Of a stretch of 64,000 bases of DNA, positions 1 to 10,200 are shown piece by piece (positions within the stretch are counted from its first letter, which is position 1; each line of letters opens with the position of its first letter). Both the position numbers and the translations under genes were made by a program. Source of the stretch: Chloroflexota bacterium (GTDB taxonomy: Bacteria > Chloroflexota > UBA11872 > VXOZ01); NCBI GenBank assembly GCA_964291655.2, contig OZ219802.1, forward strand, positions 1,600,001 to 1,664,000. Direction: 5' to 3'. The notes beneath the pieces were generated by a model, which was given only the letters and a program-made list of their open reading frames with translations, made no database searches and was not told the DNA's origin.

Positions 1-26
1 TAAATGCATCGCTCAGTGTAGACCTG

Positions 27-135
27 CCCTTCGACAGGCTCAGGGCGAACGTAAAAGGCAATAATCCATTCGTGCTGAGGGCTGCGCGAAGCCTGCTGCG
101 CGAAGCCTGCTGCGCGAAGCCTTGTCGAAGCACGA
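27..135. repeat. REP-like doublet (CTTCGACAGGCTCAG family) with an internal 3 x 14-bp tandem repeat
   Basis: CCCTTCGACAGGCTCAGGGCGAAC faces TTCGTGCTGAG...CTTGTCGAAGCACGA. GCTGCGCGAAGCCT is repeated 3 times at 81-122. Related units occur at ~4520-4645, ~11745-11782 and ~12505-12545. Confidence 0.75.
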
Positions 136-489
136 TATGGCTTATCGAGCCGACTGACGAGACAGCCTCTTGAGGTGAGGGCGCATGGTTTACGCCTCTG
201 CTGAAGTTGCCGGTAGGTCTCCACCGGGGAGAAAAGAACCCCCAACCAACCTACGTTGGGAATTCGTCTCCTGAGGCAGCTATGACGTAGGCCGGTTGGG
301 GCGCATTCGCATTGACCCCTGCCCTATCTCACACCTATTGGGAAGGCCTCCGGCCCACTCAAGGCAGGCACCCCCGAGGATTTTCAATCGGCATGTGACA
401 TCTGAGATGCTCCCCGCTGTCAACTACAGGGCTGCGGTTGCACTCCTAGAGCAGGGCGCCGGGATACGGACGTCATCTTGTCAGAACTC

Positions 490-1746
490 TTAGTCCGCCC
501 GTTGGAAGATGAGCGTGGCGTTGTGGTCGCCGAAACCGAAGGAGTTGGAGAGCACATAATTCAGGGGGGCGTCGATGGTCTGGCCGAGCACGTAGTTGAT
601 GCCGTTGCAATCCGGGTCGATGGTCTCGGTATTGATAGTCGCGGGCACCTTCTGGTCTTGTAGCATCTTGACGCAGGAGACCGCCTCGAATGATCCCGCG
701 GCAGCGAGCATGTGTCCGGTGCTGGACTTCGTCGCCGAAACGTACGGCCGATCGCCAAACATCTCGCGCAAGGCCGCCGCTTCCACGCGATCGCCGATGA
801 CGGTAGAGGTCATGTGCGGGTTGATGGCGTCGATGTCTGTCGCTGCCAGGCCCGCCATTTCCAATGCAATCTTCATGGTCTGCACCTGGGCGTCGCCGTC
901 CGGTTCCGTGCGTCCGCCGGTGCCGTTCGTGCAGCCGTACCCAACAAGATACGCCAAGATGGGCGCGCCGCGGGCCTTGGCGTCGGCTTCCCGTTCCAAA
1001 ATCATGGCGGCGCCCCCTTCGCCAATCACGAAACCGTCGCGGTCTACGTCGGCCGGGCGGCTGGCGTGATTCGGATCGTCGTTGCGACGGCTCATAGGCC
1101 CGCCGCGCGCCGCAAAAATCGCCGTAATTGTGGGCACAACCACACCGTCGGACCCGCATGCCACCATGATGTCGGCGCGATCCGTGTGCAACATCCACAT
1201 GGCCTCGCCCACGGCGATGGTGCCGGTGGCGCAGGCGACGGAGGGTGTGAAGTTTGGGCCGCGCGCGCGAAATGCCGCCGCGATGAGCGCAGTAGCCGCG
1301 TTGGGCATGATGCGCAGCACCTCGCTGGGCAGGAACGACGCGAATTCGCCGCGACCGGTCCGCTGGGAGGCCTGCTCCACTGTGCGCGCGCCGCCTAGGC
1401 AATTACCGGAGACGACGCCGCAGCGGAATTGCAATTCCTCAGGCAAGGGCAACGGCAAGCCGGAGTCCGCAATCGCTTCCAAGGAGGCAGCCAAGGCGTA
1501 CTGGTGTGTGCGGTCCTGCCGGCGGGCGTCGTTATAGATGCGGCGCGGCAGGCCTTTGAAGACAACGTTCGGATCAAAGCCATCGACTTCGCAGGATATC
1601 CTCACCGGGAAGTCAGTGGCATCGTACGTTTCGGTGGGGCCGGCGCCGGAAACCCCCGCACAGAGGTTTTCCCACGAATCCGCGATGCTCGTACCCAAAG
1701 GGGTAACGGCCCCAATTCCGGTTACCGCAATACGTGTATACTTCAC
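490..1746 (-). CDS. fabF: beta-ketoacyl-ACP synthase II family protein
   Basis: 418 aa with N-terminal RIAVTGIGAVTPLG, catalytic ACATG, DRDGFVIGEG, KSSTGHMLAAAG and SNSFGFG motifs. Confidence 0.9.
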   Translation of the reverse strand: MKYTRIAVTGIGAVTPLGTSIADSWENLCAGVSGAGPTETYDATDFPVRISCEVDGFDPNVVFKGLPRRIYNDARRQDRTHQYALAASLEAIADSGLPLPLPEELQFRCGVVSGNCLGGARTVEQASQRTGRGEFASFLPSEVLRIMPNAATALIAAAFRARGPNFTPSVACATGTIAVGEAMWMLHTDRADIMVACGSDGVVVPTITAIFAARGGPMSRRNDDPNHASRPADVDRDGFVIGEGGAAMILEREADAKARGAPILAYLVGYGCTNGTGGRTEPDGDAQVQTMKIALEMAGLAATDIDAINPHMTSTVIGDRVEAAALREMFGDRPYVSATKSSTGHMLAAAGSFEAVSCVKMLQDQKVPATINTETIDPDCNGINYVLGQTIDAPLNYVLSNSFGFGDHNATLIFQRAD

Positions 1747-1829
1747 CGAGTGCTCAATCCGTCACTGCCGTAGTCACGAACTCTTCCACGCTCTATACAC
1801 CAACGGGTAGCCGCATGCTTTCCAACAAC

Positions 1830-1864
1830 TAGCAACAATAGTACTTATTGCTATTTGCATTATA
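1830..1864 (-). promoter_or_regulatory. fabF promoter -10 box with adjacent palindromic operator (FapR-like)
   Basis: TATAAT on the minus strand at 1859-1864. Imperfect palindrome ATAGTA-CTTAT-TGCTAT at 1838-1854 lies just downstream of it. Confidence 0.4.
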
Positions 1865-1897
1865 CCTGCCGACGCCATGTTCGGACAGGACGAGAGC

Positions 1898-4255
1898 TTA
1901 CACCGGGAAGCGAGAGAACTCCTCGTCCTTCTCGTCGGCGGTTTCCGCGTCGTCCAGGTCGAAGGGCGGATCGTCTCCGTCGTCTTCCAGCAGGTCGCCG
2001 GCGCTAACGAGCACATGACGCACGCGGCCCAAGCCTTCCGGTGGGGTAACAACCCCACGTTCCTCGAGCGTATCCAGGATGCGGTTGGCCTTGGTGGCGC
2101 CGATGCCGAGCTGGCGCTGCAGGAATGAAGCCGAGGCATTGTCGTACTGGCAGACCAGGCGGATAGCCTGGCGCACCAGGTCGTCGTCTTTGTTCTCTTG
2201 GTGGTTGGCCACGGCCTCCTCGAAAGACTTTTCCGGAATGTACTCCGGCGCGCCTTGCTCCCGCCAGAAGGCCACGATGCGGGCAATTTCGTCGTCGGCG
2301 AGGAAGGTACCCTGAATACGGGTGAGGCGGGTGGCCTCTTTCGGCGCAAAGAGCATGTCGCCCTGGCCGATGAGCTTTTCCGCTCCCGCGCCGTCGAGAA
2401 TGGTGCGCGAATCGGCCTGCGAACTGACTGCAAAGGCGATGCGGCACGGGAAGTTGGCTTTGATGAGACCCGTGAGCACGTCCACCGACGGGCGCTGGGT
2501 CGAGACGACCAAGTGGATGCCCACCGCGCGGGCCATTTGCGCCAGGCGGCAGAGGTATTTCTCCACGTCGCCGGCCGCCGTCATCATGAGGTCGGCAAGC
2601 TCGTCGATCAGGATGACGAGGTAGTGCATCGGCTCATCGCCGGCCTCTTGCTTGGCGGTGTTATAGGTTTGGATGTTGCGGAAACCCTCCTGCGCCAGCA
2701 CCTTGTAGCGCCGCGTCATCTCGTCGGCGGCCCACATGAGTGTCGGCACCACTTCGTCCAGGTCGGTAATGACGGGGCGCAGCAGGTGCGGAATGTCGCT
2801 GTAACCGATCATCTCCACCATCTTGGGATCGACGACCAGGAAGCGCAGCGTCTCCGGCGTGTGCTGCATGAGCAACGAACAGATGATGGCGTTCACGCAC
2901 GCCGACTTGCCCGAACCCGTGGAACCGGCAATCAACAAGTGCGGCATGGTGGCGAGGTCTGTGACCCGTACGTCGTTGGCGACGTCGCGCCCAAGCGCCA
3001 GCGGCAGCATGCCCTTGTGCTCCGCAAAAGAGGGATCGGTCATAAACTCCCGCATCGTGACGATGGTGGTGTGCTGGTTGGGAATCTCAATGCCGACGTA
3101 CGGAAAGCCGGGTACCGGCGCTTCGATACGCACACTCGTCGCGGCGAGGGCGAGGGCGAGGTCGTTGGCGAGATTCACAACGCGACTCACCTTGATGCCT
3201 TGACCTAGAGTGAGCCGGTACTGGGTGACGGCCGGGCCCCGGATGGCTTCGGCAACCTCTGCCACCACTTTGAAGCTGCGCAACGCCTCCTCGATTATGA
3301 GGGCGCGTTGCTCGATTTCCTGAGTCGCTTCTTCTGCATCGTTCGTGTGCGCGGCGGGCGTGAGCAATTCCGGCGGGGGCAATTGCCAGCGCGGGGCTGC
3401 GGCGGTCTCTTCCCCTTCCATTGCAGCGGCCATGTCTTCATCCGCCAATCCGGCCTCGTTCAACAGGTCCAAAGAGTCGGTAGATTCAGCCTGATTCGGT
3501 GCATCTGCCACCGCTTGCAGTACTCTCGGAGCGGTCTTCGCATCGGGAGTGCCTACGTTAGAAGCTACGCGTACTGCCACTGCGCGGGGTTTGGGCGTGT
3601 CCGGCTGTTCAGGTTCCGTGGCCCAATCCCCAATGCGATGGTACGCGCCGACGGCTGCCGCAAAGAGCATTCCCAGGCCTTTGCCTACCAACCGCACCAC
3701 GTACCATATGCCCACCAGCGCGCTGCGCATTCGCCCGAGTGAGATTGAAAAGGTGACAATCGTCGTGATGAGCAGCAAGGCAAAGAGAACGATTACTGCT
3801 CCCGCAAAACCGAGCGCGGTCGTGAGCGGTTTGAGAATCTGCAACCCGACGGCGCCGCCCACAGGATAGGCATCCGCCATTTCCGGCGGGCCTGCTATTG
3901 CCTGTCCAAAAGCCGTCGCAGCGAGCACGAGCACCGCCAGCGCCGTGAGCGTTTCCCAACGCACATAGCGCTCTTGTGTGATGCCGTCGCGGATGAGCTG
4001 TATGCCGAGCACGATTGAAGCGAGTGCAGGCAGCGGCGCCATCCACCCGAATAGGGTGACGAGCAACTCGTGCCACAATCCGCTCACTGTGCCGCTCGGC
4101 GAAAGCAGCGCGATGACCGAGAGCAGGCCGATCACTATGCTTAGCACGCCAAAGACCTCTCGCCGCAGGGGCGAGGGCAGGCGCAGTGAAGGAAGAGGCA
4201 GACGGGACTGGCGTGAAGACGACTTTTGACTTGCGGTGCTACGACGGGTTGCCAT
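1898..4255 (-). CDS. ftsK: DNA translocase FtsK/SpoIIIE
   Basis: N-terminal TM segments, Walker A PHLLIAGSTGSGKS, IDELADLMM, TQRPSVDV and a C-terminal gamma domain (ASASFLQRQLGIG). Start set at the ATG following an AGGAG RBS. Confidence 0.95.
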   Translation of the reverse strand: MATRRSTASQKSSSRQSRLPLPSLRLPSPLRREVFGVLSIVIGLLSVIALLSPSGTVSGLWHELLVTLFGWMAPLPALASIVLGIQLIRDGITQERYVRWETLTALAVLVLAATAFGQAIAGPPEMADAYPVGGAVGLQILKPLTTALGFAGAVIVLFALLLITTIVTFSISLGRMRSALVGIWYVVRLVGKGLGMLFAAAVGAYHRIGDWATEPEQPDTPKPRAVAVRVASNVGTPDAKTAPRVLQAVADAPNQAESTDSLDLLNEAGLADEDMAAAMEGEETAAAPRWQLPPPELLTPAAHTNDAEEATQEIEQRALIIEEALRSFKVVAEVAEAIRGPAVTQYRLTLGQGIKVSRVVNLANDLALALAATSVRIEAPVPGFPYVGIEIPNQHTTIVTMREFMTDPSFAEHKGMLPLALGRDVANDVRVTDLATMPHLLIAGSTGSGKSACVNAIICSLLMQHTPETLRFLVVDPKMVEMIGYSDIPHLLRPVITDLDEVVPTLMWAADEMTRRYKVLAQEGFRNIQTYNTAKQEAGDEPMHYLVILIDELADLMMTAAGDVEKYLCRLAQMARAVGIHLVVSTQRPSVDVLTGLIKANFPCRIAFAVSSQADSRTILDGAGAEKLIGQGDMLFAPKEATRLTRIQGTFLADDEIARIVAFWREQGAPEYIPEKSFEEAVANHQENKDDDLVRQAIRLVCQYDNASASFLQRQLGIGATKANRILDTLEERGVVTPPEGLGRVRHVLVSAGDLLEDDGDDPPFDLDDAETADEKDEEFSRFPV

Positions 4256-4688
4256 AGATAGACTCCTCATAGCGTGCAGAAGAAGGCGGGTACGGTGAAA
4301 GACGAATGCTAAGAATTCAGCGTGGGTGTGGGCACATGTTTGGTAGGGGAGAGTGGCACAACGGGCGCAAACCCGTCAGGCAAAGTCCCGCACTTGAGGG
4401 TGCTTGCCGAGGCACCGTCAGGCACTGTCACCGTTCGCCCCACATTGCCCCGATATGCTGCACCGCGTACGGAGCAGGACAAATCGTGACACCAGGTGAA
4501 CGGAACCAGCGATCCATAGCCATTCGCCCTGAGCCTGCCTGTCCTGAGCTGATCGAAGGGTCGAAGGGTGAATGTTGCTCTTCACTTACATCCGAAACCG
4601 TTCATACTTCGACAAGGTCTTCGCGAAGACTACTCAGTACGAACGGAATCTAATAACCGGGCAGACAACCACTCCGAAACAAAAAGGG

Positions 4689-6347
4689 TCAGACTTCGGT
4701 CACAACGGGGAGGATCATCGGTCTGCGGCGGGTCTCACCGTAAAGGAATGTTGACACCACGTCGCGGATTCGATCTTGAACTTGGCGGATTTCGGCGCGG
4801 GGGCCGAGATCGGCCTCCAGATTATTATACAAGCGCTGCCGGGCTTTTTCAATCAGCATCTCCAGGCCCTCTTGCATGAAGCCCCGAGAGATGATGTCAG
4901 GACCCGATAGCACGTGGCCGGTCTCACGATCGATGGTCACCACCACGATGAAGATGCCGTCCTGCGAGAGATGCTTGCGGTCGCGCAGGACGCTATGGCT
5001 AACATCCCCGACGCCAAGTCCGTCTACGAAGACATACCCGGCTTGCACCCGGTCAACCTTGCGTATTTCATCTGCGGTCAACTCGATGATATCGCCGTCT
5101 TCCGCTACGATGATGTTCTCCGTATCCACGCCGATCTCGCCCGCCAAGCGCGCGTGGTGCATAAGGTGCTGATAGCCGCCGTGGATGGGGATGAATGCTT
5201 CCGGTCGCAAGATGCTGAGAAGAGTCTTCAGTTCTTCCTGGGCACCGTGCCCTGAGACGTGAACGTTGGCCACTTTGTCGTAGAGCACGTCCGCTCCCTG
5301 GCGAAAGAGCTTATCGATGGTCTTTGCCACCAAGGCCTCGTTGCCGGGTATGGGACTGGCGGAAATGATGACCGTGTCGTCGGTCTCGACGTTGATCTGG
5401 CGATGGTCGCGGTTCGCGATGCGGCCCAAAGCGGAGGTCGGCTCGCCCTGGCTGCCCGTGGTAATGATGACGACCTCTTCTTTATTGAATTCGTGCAGGC
5501 GATCGGGGCGCACCAGCATGTTTGCCGGTACATCCAGGTACCCCAACTGCATAGCCATGTTCACATTCTGCACCATGTTGCGTCCGGTCACGCAGATGCT
5601 GCGGTCGAATTCGTGGGCGGTATCCACCACCTGCTGCACGCGTGAGATCAATGAAGCAAACGTGGTCACGATGATGCGGCCGCGCGCCTCCGAGAAGACC
5701 TCGGCAAAGCAATCGTAGATCACCCGCTCAGACGGCGTGTACCCAGGCCTGTCGGCGCGGGTGCTATCGGAGAGCAGCAGCCGCACGCCTTCCTGGGCGT
5801 ACTTTGCCAGTCGCCAGATATCGGAGAGTTCGCCGTCCACCGGCGTATAGTCGAACTTGAAGTCGCCCGAATGCACCACCAGACCGACGGGCGTATAAAT
5901 CGCCATGCCCACGCCGTCGGGGATACTGTGGCACATGTGGAAGAATTCAAAGCGGAAGGGGCCGAGCGTAATCTGATCGCCGGGGGCGATCTCCCGCAAC
6001 CTGGCCTGTTCCTCGAGGCCGTGTTCCTTGAGCTTGACCTCCAGCAGGCCGAGCGTGAGCCGCGTGCCATAGATGGGCGCGTTGATCGAGCGCAGGAAGT
6101 AAGGCAGCGAGCCGGTGTGGTCCTCGTGCCCGTGCGTGATGATGATCGCCTGGATGCGGTCCCGCTTGTCTTGTAAATACGAGATGTCGGGAATGACCAG
6201 GTCGATGCCCAGCATCTCGTCTTCGGGGAACATGACGCCGGCGTCGATGAGGACGATGTCATCGCCGTACTCCAGCACCATGCAGTTCTTGGCAATTTCG
6301 CCCAAACCGCCCAGGGGAATGATGCGAAGCTTCTTATCGGCTGACAT
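4689..6347 (-). CDS. rnj: ribonuclease J
   Basis: 552 aa with IIPLGGLGEIAKN, THGHEDH, GDFKFD, HVSGHG and a C-terminal RRPMILPV. Confidence 0.95.
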   Translation of the reverse strand: MSADKKLRIIPLGGLGEIAKNCMVLEYGDDIVLIDAGVMFPEDEMLGIDLVIPDISYLQDKRDRIQAIIITHGHEDHTGSLPYFLRSINAPIYGTRLTLGLLEVKLKEHGLEEQARLREIAPGDQITLGPFRFEFFHMCHSIPDGVGMAIYTPVGLVVHSGDFKFDYTPVDGELSDIWRLAKYAQEGVRLLLSDSTRADRPGYTPSERVIYDCFAEVFSEARGRIIVTTFASLISRVQQVVDTAHEFDRSICVTGRNMVQNVNMAMQLGYLDVPANMLVRPDRLHEFNKEEVVIITTGSQGEPTSALGRIANRDHRQINVETDDTVIISASPIPGNEALVAKTIDKLFRQGADVLYDKVANVHVSGHGAQEELKTLLSILRPEAFIPIHGGYQHLMHHARLAGEIGVDTENIIVAEDGDIIELTADEIRKVDRVQAGYVFVDGLGVGDVSHSVLRDRKHLSQDGIFIVVVTIDRETGHVLSGPDIISRGFMQEGLEMLIEKARQRLYNNLEADLGPRAEIRQVQDRIRDVVSTFLYGETRRRPMILPVVTEV

Positions 6348-6606
6348 AGAGTAGGTAATATTCCAGTTGCGGTTAAAACCGCGAGATTGAGGAGGTAAGT
6401 TTCCTTGGACCTCTACGATTGAGGCCTACAATCATGATGGACTTGCGCGTGCAGGGCGTCAAGGTAGGGGCAGCGCCTGAAAGCGGCGCTGGCGTTCATA
6501 TACTATTGGGAGGGGATGAGTAGAGTGTCGGTCAAGGTGATGGCAAGGCAGTATTCTTCGTGGCAAGGAACGCGTTGCGAGCGCATAGAGAGCGACCCGC
6601 GCACGC

Positions 6607-7083
6607 ATGACGGCAGTAACGATTCGACCGGCATGCAGATGATGCGCCGCGCCTCCGCGAACTTGAACGCATGATCGTGAAAGCGTCGCTCCCAATTATT
6701 GGTGAAGTGCGCTCTAACTTGCCGGCCAAAGATGCCGTCGGCGCGTCGGTCATTGACTCACTGTAAGTCGTGGCAGTAGCGGCGGACGGCATCGCCGTCC
6801 GGTAGCGGATGTGACTGGTGTGATTGCGCTCACTGTGCGTACCGGGGGAGCCCTACCCAGCCACCGTACGTCCACGTCCGCTCCCTACCGCCGCCAGGGC
6901 ATCGCTCTGCGGTTGGTGCGGGAAGCAGAGGCATGGACACGGGAGCAGGGCATGCTGAGGCTTGCAACCGACGTGGCCGAGGGCAACCACGCTGCTCTGG
7001 CGTTCTTTCTGCGCGCTGGGTACTATGAGGAGCGTGGCATGTTGGAGAAAATTTCGGCAAACGGCCAATCAGTGAGGACGTAG
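6607..7083 (+). pseudogene. frameshifted GNAT acetyltransferase
   Basis: The C-terminal part reads YRRQGIALRLV...NHAALAFFLRAGY (GNAT motifs A/B). An N-terminal MTAVTIRPA / ADDAPRLRELER lies in other frames, with stops in between. Confidence 0.6.
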
Positions 7084-7132
7084 CGTGTGGGCTTGGCCCC
7101 GCTACGTGTGGGATGCGCACGATGAAGAGCGG

Positions 7133-7600
7133 ATGGATTCCCGCGTGCGCGGGAATGACGGACTTTGTGCAGTCTTTCCTACCGTAACGCGGGGGCTTGT
7201 CCCCCGCAGGAGACGTAGCGCGAGGGCTTGTCCCCCGCAGGAAGCTACTTCGACCGTAGCGCGGGGGCTTGTCCCCCGGTCCCTACATCGAAAGAGGGGA
7301 GACAGGCTGCCAATCTGTCACTCCGGCGAAAGCCGGAGTCCAGGGGCTTTGCCATGCAGCCTTTAGGAGGCGTAAAGAGAGACCAAAGTAAAAGACAGGT
7401 TACCTCCCCGTTTCTGATGCGGGGCCGGAGCCTTGGGAGTTCGGCGTTTGGACCAAAGAAAAATGCGCGAGAGTAATGCGGAGAAGATGGATTCCCGCGT
7501 GCGCGGGAATGACGGACTTTGTACTGTCTCTTCTACCGTAGCGCGGGGGCTCGTCCCTCGCAGGAGACGTGGCGCGAGGGCTCGTTACCCGCAGGAGACT
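7133..7600. repeat. cluster of REP-like palindromes (GGATTCCCGCG..CGCGGGAATGAC and GTAGCGCGGGGGCTTGTCCCCCGC families)
   Basis: Two near-copies of a composite unit (about 7133-7260 and 7488-7610) plus GTCACTCCGGCGAAAGCCGGAGTCCA at ~7317-7342. Confidence 0.8.
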
Positions 7601-7699
7601 ATTTCGACGTAGCAGAGCAGTCTGACAGAAGGACATTGCAAGTCCGGCAAGTAGTGCGGGGTGTGTTGCCCCGCGAGGAAGCACAGTGTGGAGTAGTAC

Positions 7700-8779
7700 A
7701 TGAAAGCGAAAATCGCGGTATTGCCCGGCGACGGGATTGGTGTGGAAGTGGCGGCCTGGGGCGCGCAGGTGCTCCAGCATGTGGCGGACTCTTGCGGTCA
7801 CACGTTTCAATTGAGCGAAGGGCGTATCGGCGGCAATGCCATCGACGCGACCGGAGCGCCCTTGCCTGACGACTCGCTGGCGCTCTGCAAGCAAGCCGAC
7901 GCCATCCTCGTGGGCGCGGTGGGCGGTCCCAAGTGGGACGTCGGGCCGCCGGAGGCGCGACCGGAGTACGGCCTGCTGCGCTTGCGCAAAGAGCTGCGTC
8001 TCTATGCCAACCTACGCCCGGTGAAGACTTTTCCCGCGCTCATTGAATCCTCGCCGCTGAAGCGCGAGATTGTGGACGGCACCGACTTGCTGGTGCTGCG
8101 GGAGCTTACCGGCGGCCTCTACTTCGGCCGTCCGCGCGGGCGAAGCGCCAATAAGCAGGGCATTCGCGTAAAGGACACGCTCACCTATACGAGCGGCGAG
8201 ATGGAGCGCATCATCCGCTTGGGCTTCGATCTTGCCCGGCAGCGCCGCAAGCAATTGGCCTCGGTGGATAAGGCTAACGTGCTGGCAAGCAGCGGGCTGT
8301 GGCGCGAGATTGCAGAGCAAGTGGCCGAGGAGTATCCCGATGTATCGGTAGAGCATATCCTGGTGGACGCCTGCGCCATGCACCTCATCAATGATCCACA
8401 ACGATTCGACGTGCTGGTGACCGAGAATATGTTCGGCGACATTCTCTCGGACGAGGCTTCCGTGCTGACGGGCAGCCTGGGCATGCTGCCGAGCGCCAGC
8501 CTGGGCCGCGGGCGGCGCGGACTTTACGAGCCGGTGCACGGCACGGCCCCGGACATTGCCGGCCAGAACAAGGCGAATCCCCTGGCCGCCATTCTCTCTG
8601 CGGCCATGCTGCTGCGCCATTCTTTGGGCCTGGAGCAGGAAGCAGAGGCAATTGAAAGCGCGGTGGAAGACGTGCTGGCAGCAGGCTACCGCACGCCGGA
8701 CCTGGCAAGCGGTGCGGCTGGCGAACGCGCGGTGGGAACGCAAGAGATGGGCGAAGCCGTGCTGCAGCGGATCGGCTAG
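7700..8779 (+). CDS. leuB: 3-isopropylmalate dehydrogenase
   Basis: [47 protein letters not shown] and [12 protein letters not shown] motifs. Confidence 0.96.
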   Translation: MKAKIAVLPGDGIGVEVAAWGAQVLQHVADSCGHTFQLSEGRIGGNAIDATGAPLPDDSLALCKQADAILVGAVGGPKWDVGPPEARPEYGLLRLRKELRLYANLRPVKTFPALIESSPLKREIVDGTDLLVLRELTGGLYFGRPRGRSANKQGIRVKDTLTYTSGEMERIIRLGFDLARQRRKQLASVDKANVLASSGLWREIAEQVAEEYPDVSVEHILVDACAMHLINDPQRFDVLVTENMFGDILSDEASVLTGSLGMLPSASLGRGRRGLYEPVHGTAPDIAGQNKANPLAAILSAAMLLRHSLGLEQEAEAIESAVEDVLAAGYRTPDLASGAAGERAVGTQEMGEAVLQRIG

Positions 8780-9094
8780 GATTGCTTTCCCACTGGAACG
8801 CCTGCAGACAGCGCTCATCGTGTCTGGAGCAGCGTGCGAATGTGCAACTGCACCGCCGTTTCGGCCTAACACCTTAGGGGCGGCTCCAATGAATCCTCGT
8901 AGCGCGGGGGCTTGTCCCCCGCTTTCCGGTCGCCAGAATTAGCGGCTCACAGGGGGATGTACGGTAAAGATGGATTCCCGCGCACGCGGGAATGACGGAT
9001 TGAACCCCTGTGCCAGAGACTCAGACTATTCGTTAATTAAGACGGATTCGGTTTTGACACTCCTCGCAGTTGTCGTGGAAAGGACTATGTCCCC

Positions 9095-9889
9095 ATGGAT
9101 CTTGGTTTGGCGGGAAAAGTAGCCGTCGTCACCGGCGGCAGCCGTGGTATCGGCCGGGCAACGGCGCTCACGTTTGCGGAGGAAGGAGCTGCCGTGGCCA
9201 TTTGCGCCCGCGGCAGCGAGACTCTTCAAGAGACCTTGGTAGAGATTCGTTCGCGCGGAGTGAACGCCTTCGGCATGGCCGTGGACGTAACGCAGCGCAC
9301 CGAGGTGGAGTCGTTTATCGAGGCGAGCGCCGAGGCTTTGGGCGGCATTGACATGCTCATCAATAACGTCGGCGGTTCTGTAGGTAAGGGGTTGATGGAC
9401 TCTACGGACGAAGAGTGGATCGACACGTTCGATCTCAACCTCTTCCACGCGGTGCGCACCTCCCGGGCCGCGGTACCGCACATGCGCAAGCGGCGCAGCG
9501 GCTCGATCGTGGTCATATCGTCCATTTCAGGCCTGAAACCGGCGCCCGGCAGCCAGTACGGCGCCGCAAAAGCGGCGGAGGTGTTCGTGAGCGGCGCATT
9601 GGCGATGGAGTTGGGGCCGGACAATATCCGCGTAAATACGGTCAGTCCCGGCTCGATTCTCTTTCCGGGCGGGGGCTGGGCACAGCGGCAGCATGAAGAT
9701 CCGGAGGGATTCGGCAAATTTGCGGTAGAGGAGTACCCGCTGGGCCGCCTGGGCACGGCCGAGGAAGTGGCGCGGGCGGTGGTCTTTGTCGCCTCACCCG
9801 CCGGAAGCTGGATCAACGGCACGAACATTTCCGTGGACGGCGCCCAGCAACAACCGGGCATGTTCGAGAAAGGCCCCGTGTGGCAGTAA
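9095..9889 (+). CDS. SDR family oxidoreductase
   Basis: TGGSRGIG, NNVG and YGAAKAA catalytic motifs. Confidence 0.92.
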   Translation: MDLGLAGKVAVVTGGSRGIGRATALTFAEEGAAVAICARGSETLQETLVEIRSRGVNAFGMAVDVTQRTEVESFIEASAEALGGIDMLINNVGGSVGKGLMDSTDEEWIDTFDLNLFHAVRTSRAAVPHMRKRRSGSIVVISSISGLKPAPGSQYGAAKAAEVFVSGALAMELGPDNIRVNTVSPGSILFPGGGWAQRQHEDPEGFGKFAVEEYPLGRLGTAEEVARAVVFVASPAGSWINGTNISVDGAQQQPGMFEKGPVWQ

Positions 9890-10200
9890 GCCTCTCATGG
9901 AAAGACGTAGGGGCACGACATGTCGTGCCCCTCGAGCCCACAGCCAGGGCTGCCAGACTCCGCAACTTCCGCGGGAGCTTTCCTGTCTAAGATAAAGTTC
10001 AAGTCCAAGAGCGGGAGACAAGCCTCAATGTTGTCTCATTAGCCGCCGGGGTGAAGAACATGCGGTTCTCGGTGCCCTGCCCGGTAGCACAGGTTTCTAA
10101 CCTGCATCCGCATCCTCCTGCTGGGACGCATTCCTTGTGATTGCATGTCTCACTTCATTGCCGCAACGCTGCATTTTCCCCTCACCCCAGCCCTCTCCCC

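Noticed and set aside
155-172. Possible terminal inverted repeat (GAGACAGCCTC) of another MITE
   Set aside because: The partner end would lie outside the window, so it cannot be supported.
228-400. TPP riboswitch (CTCGGGGGTGCC start, CGTAGG end on the minus strand)
   Set aside because: The conserved CTGAGA and ACCTGA..TAAT core is absent, so it is kept only as an unassigned structured-RNA candidate.
473-1402. Long alternative-frame and antisense ORFs (also 2198-3208, 8012-8872, 37437-38426, 47175-48101, 58605-59606)
   Set aside because: They overlap well-supported genes, are Arg/Ala/Gly-rich shadow frames typical of high-GC DNA, and have no motifs.
4355-4440. c-di-GMP-I riboswitch-like words (GCAAACC, GCAAAG)
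   Set aside because: No GNRA-capped P2 or GACGCAAAG core, and it is on the wrong strand for ftsK.
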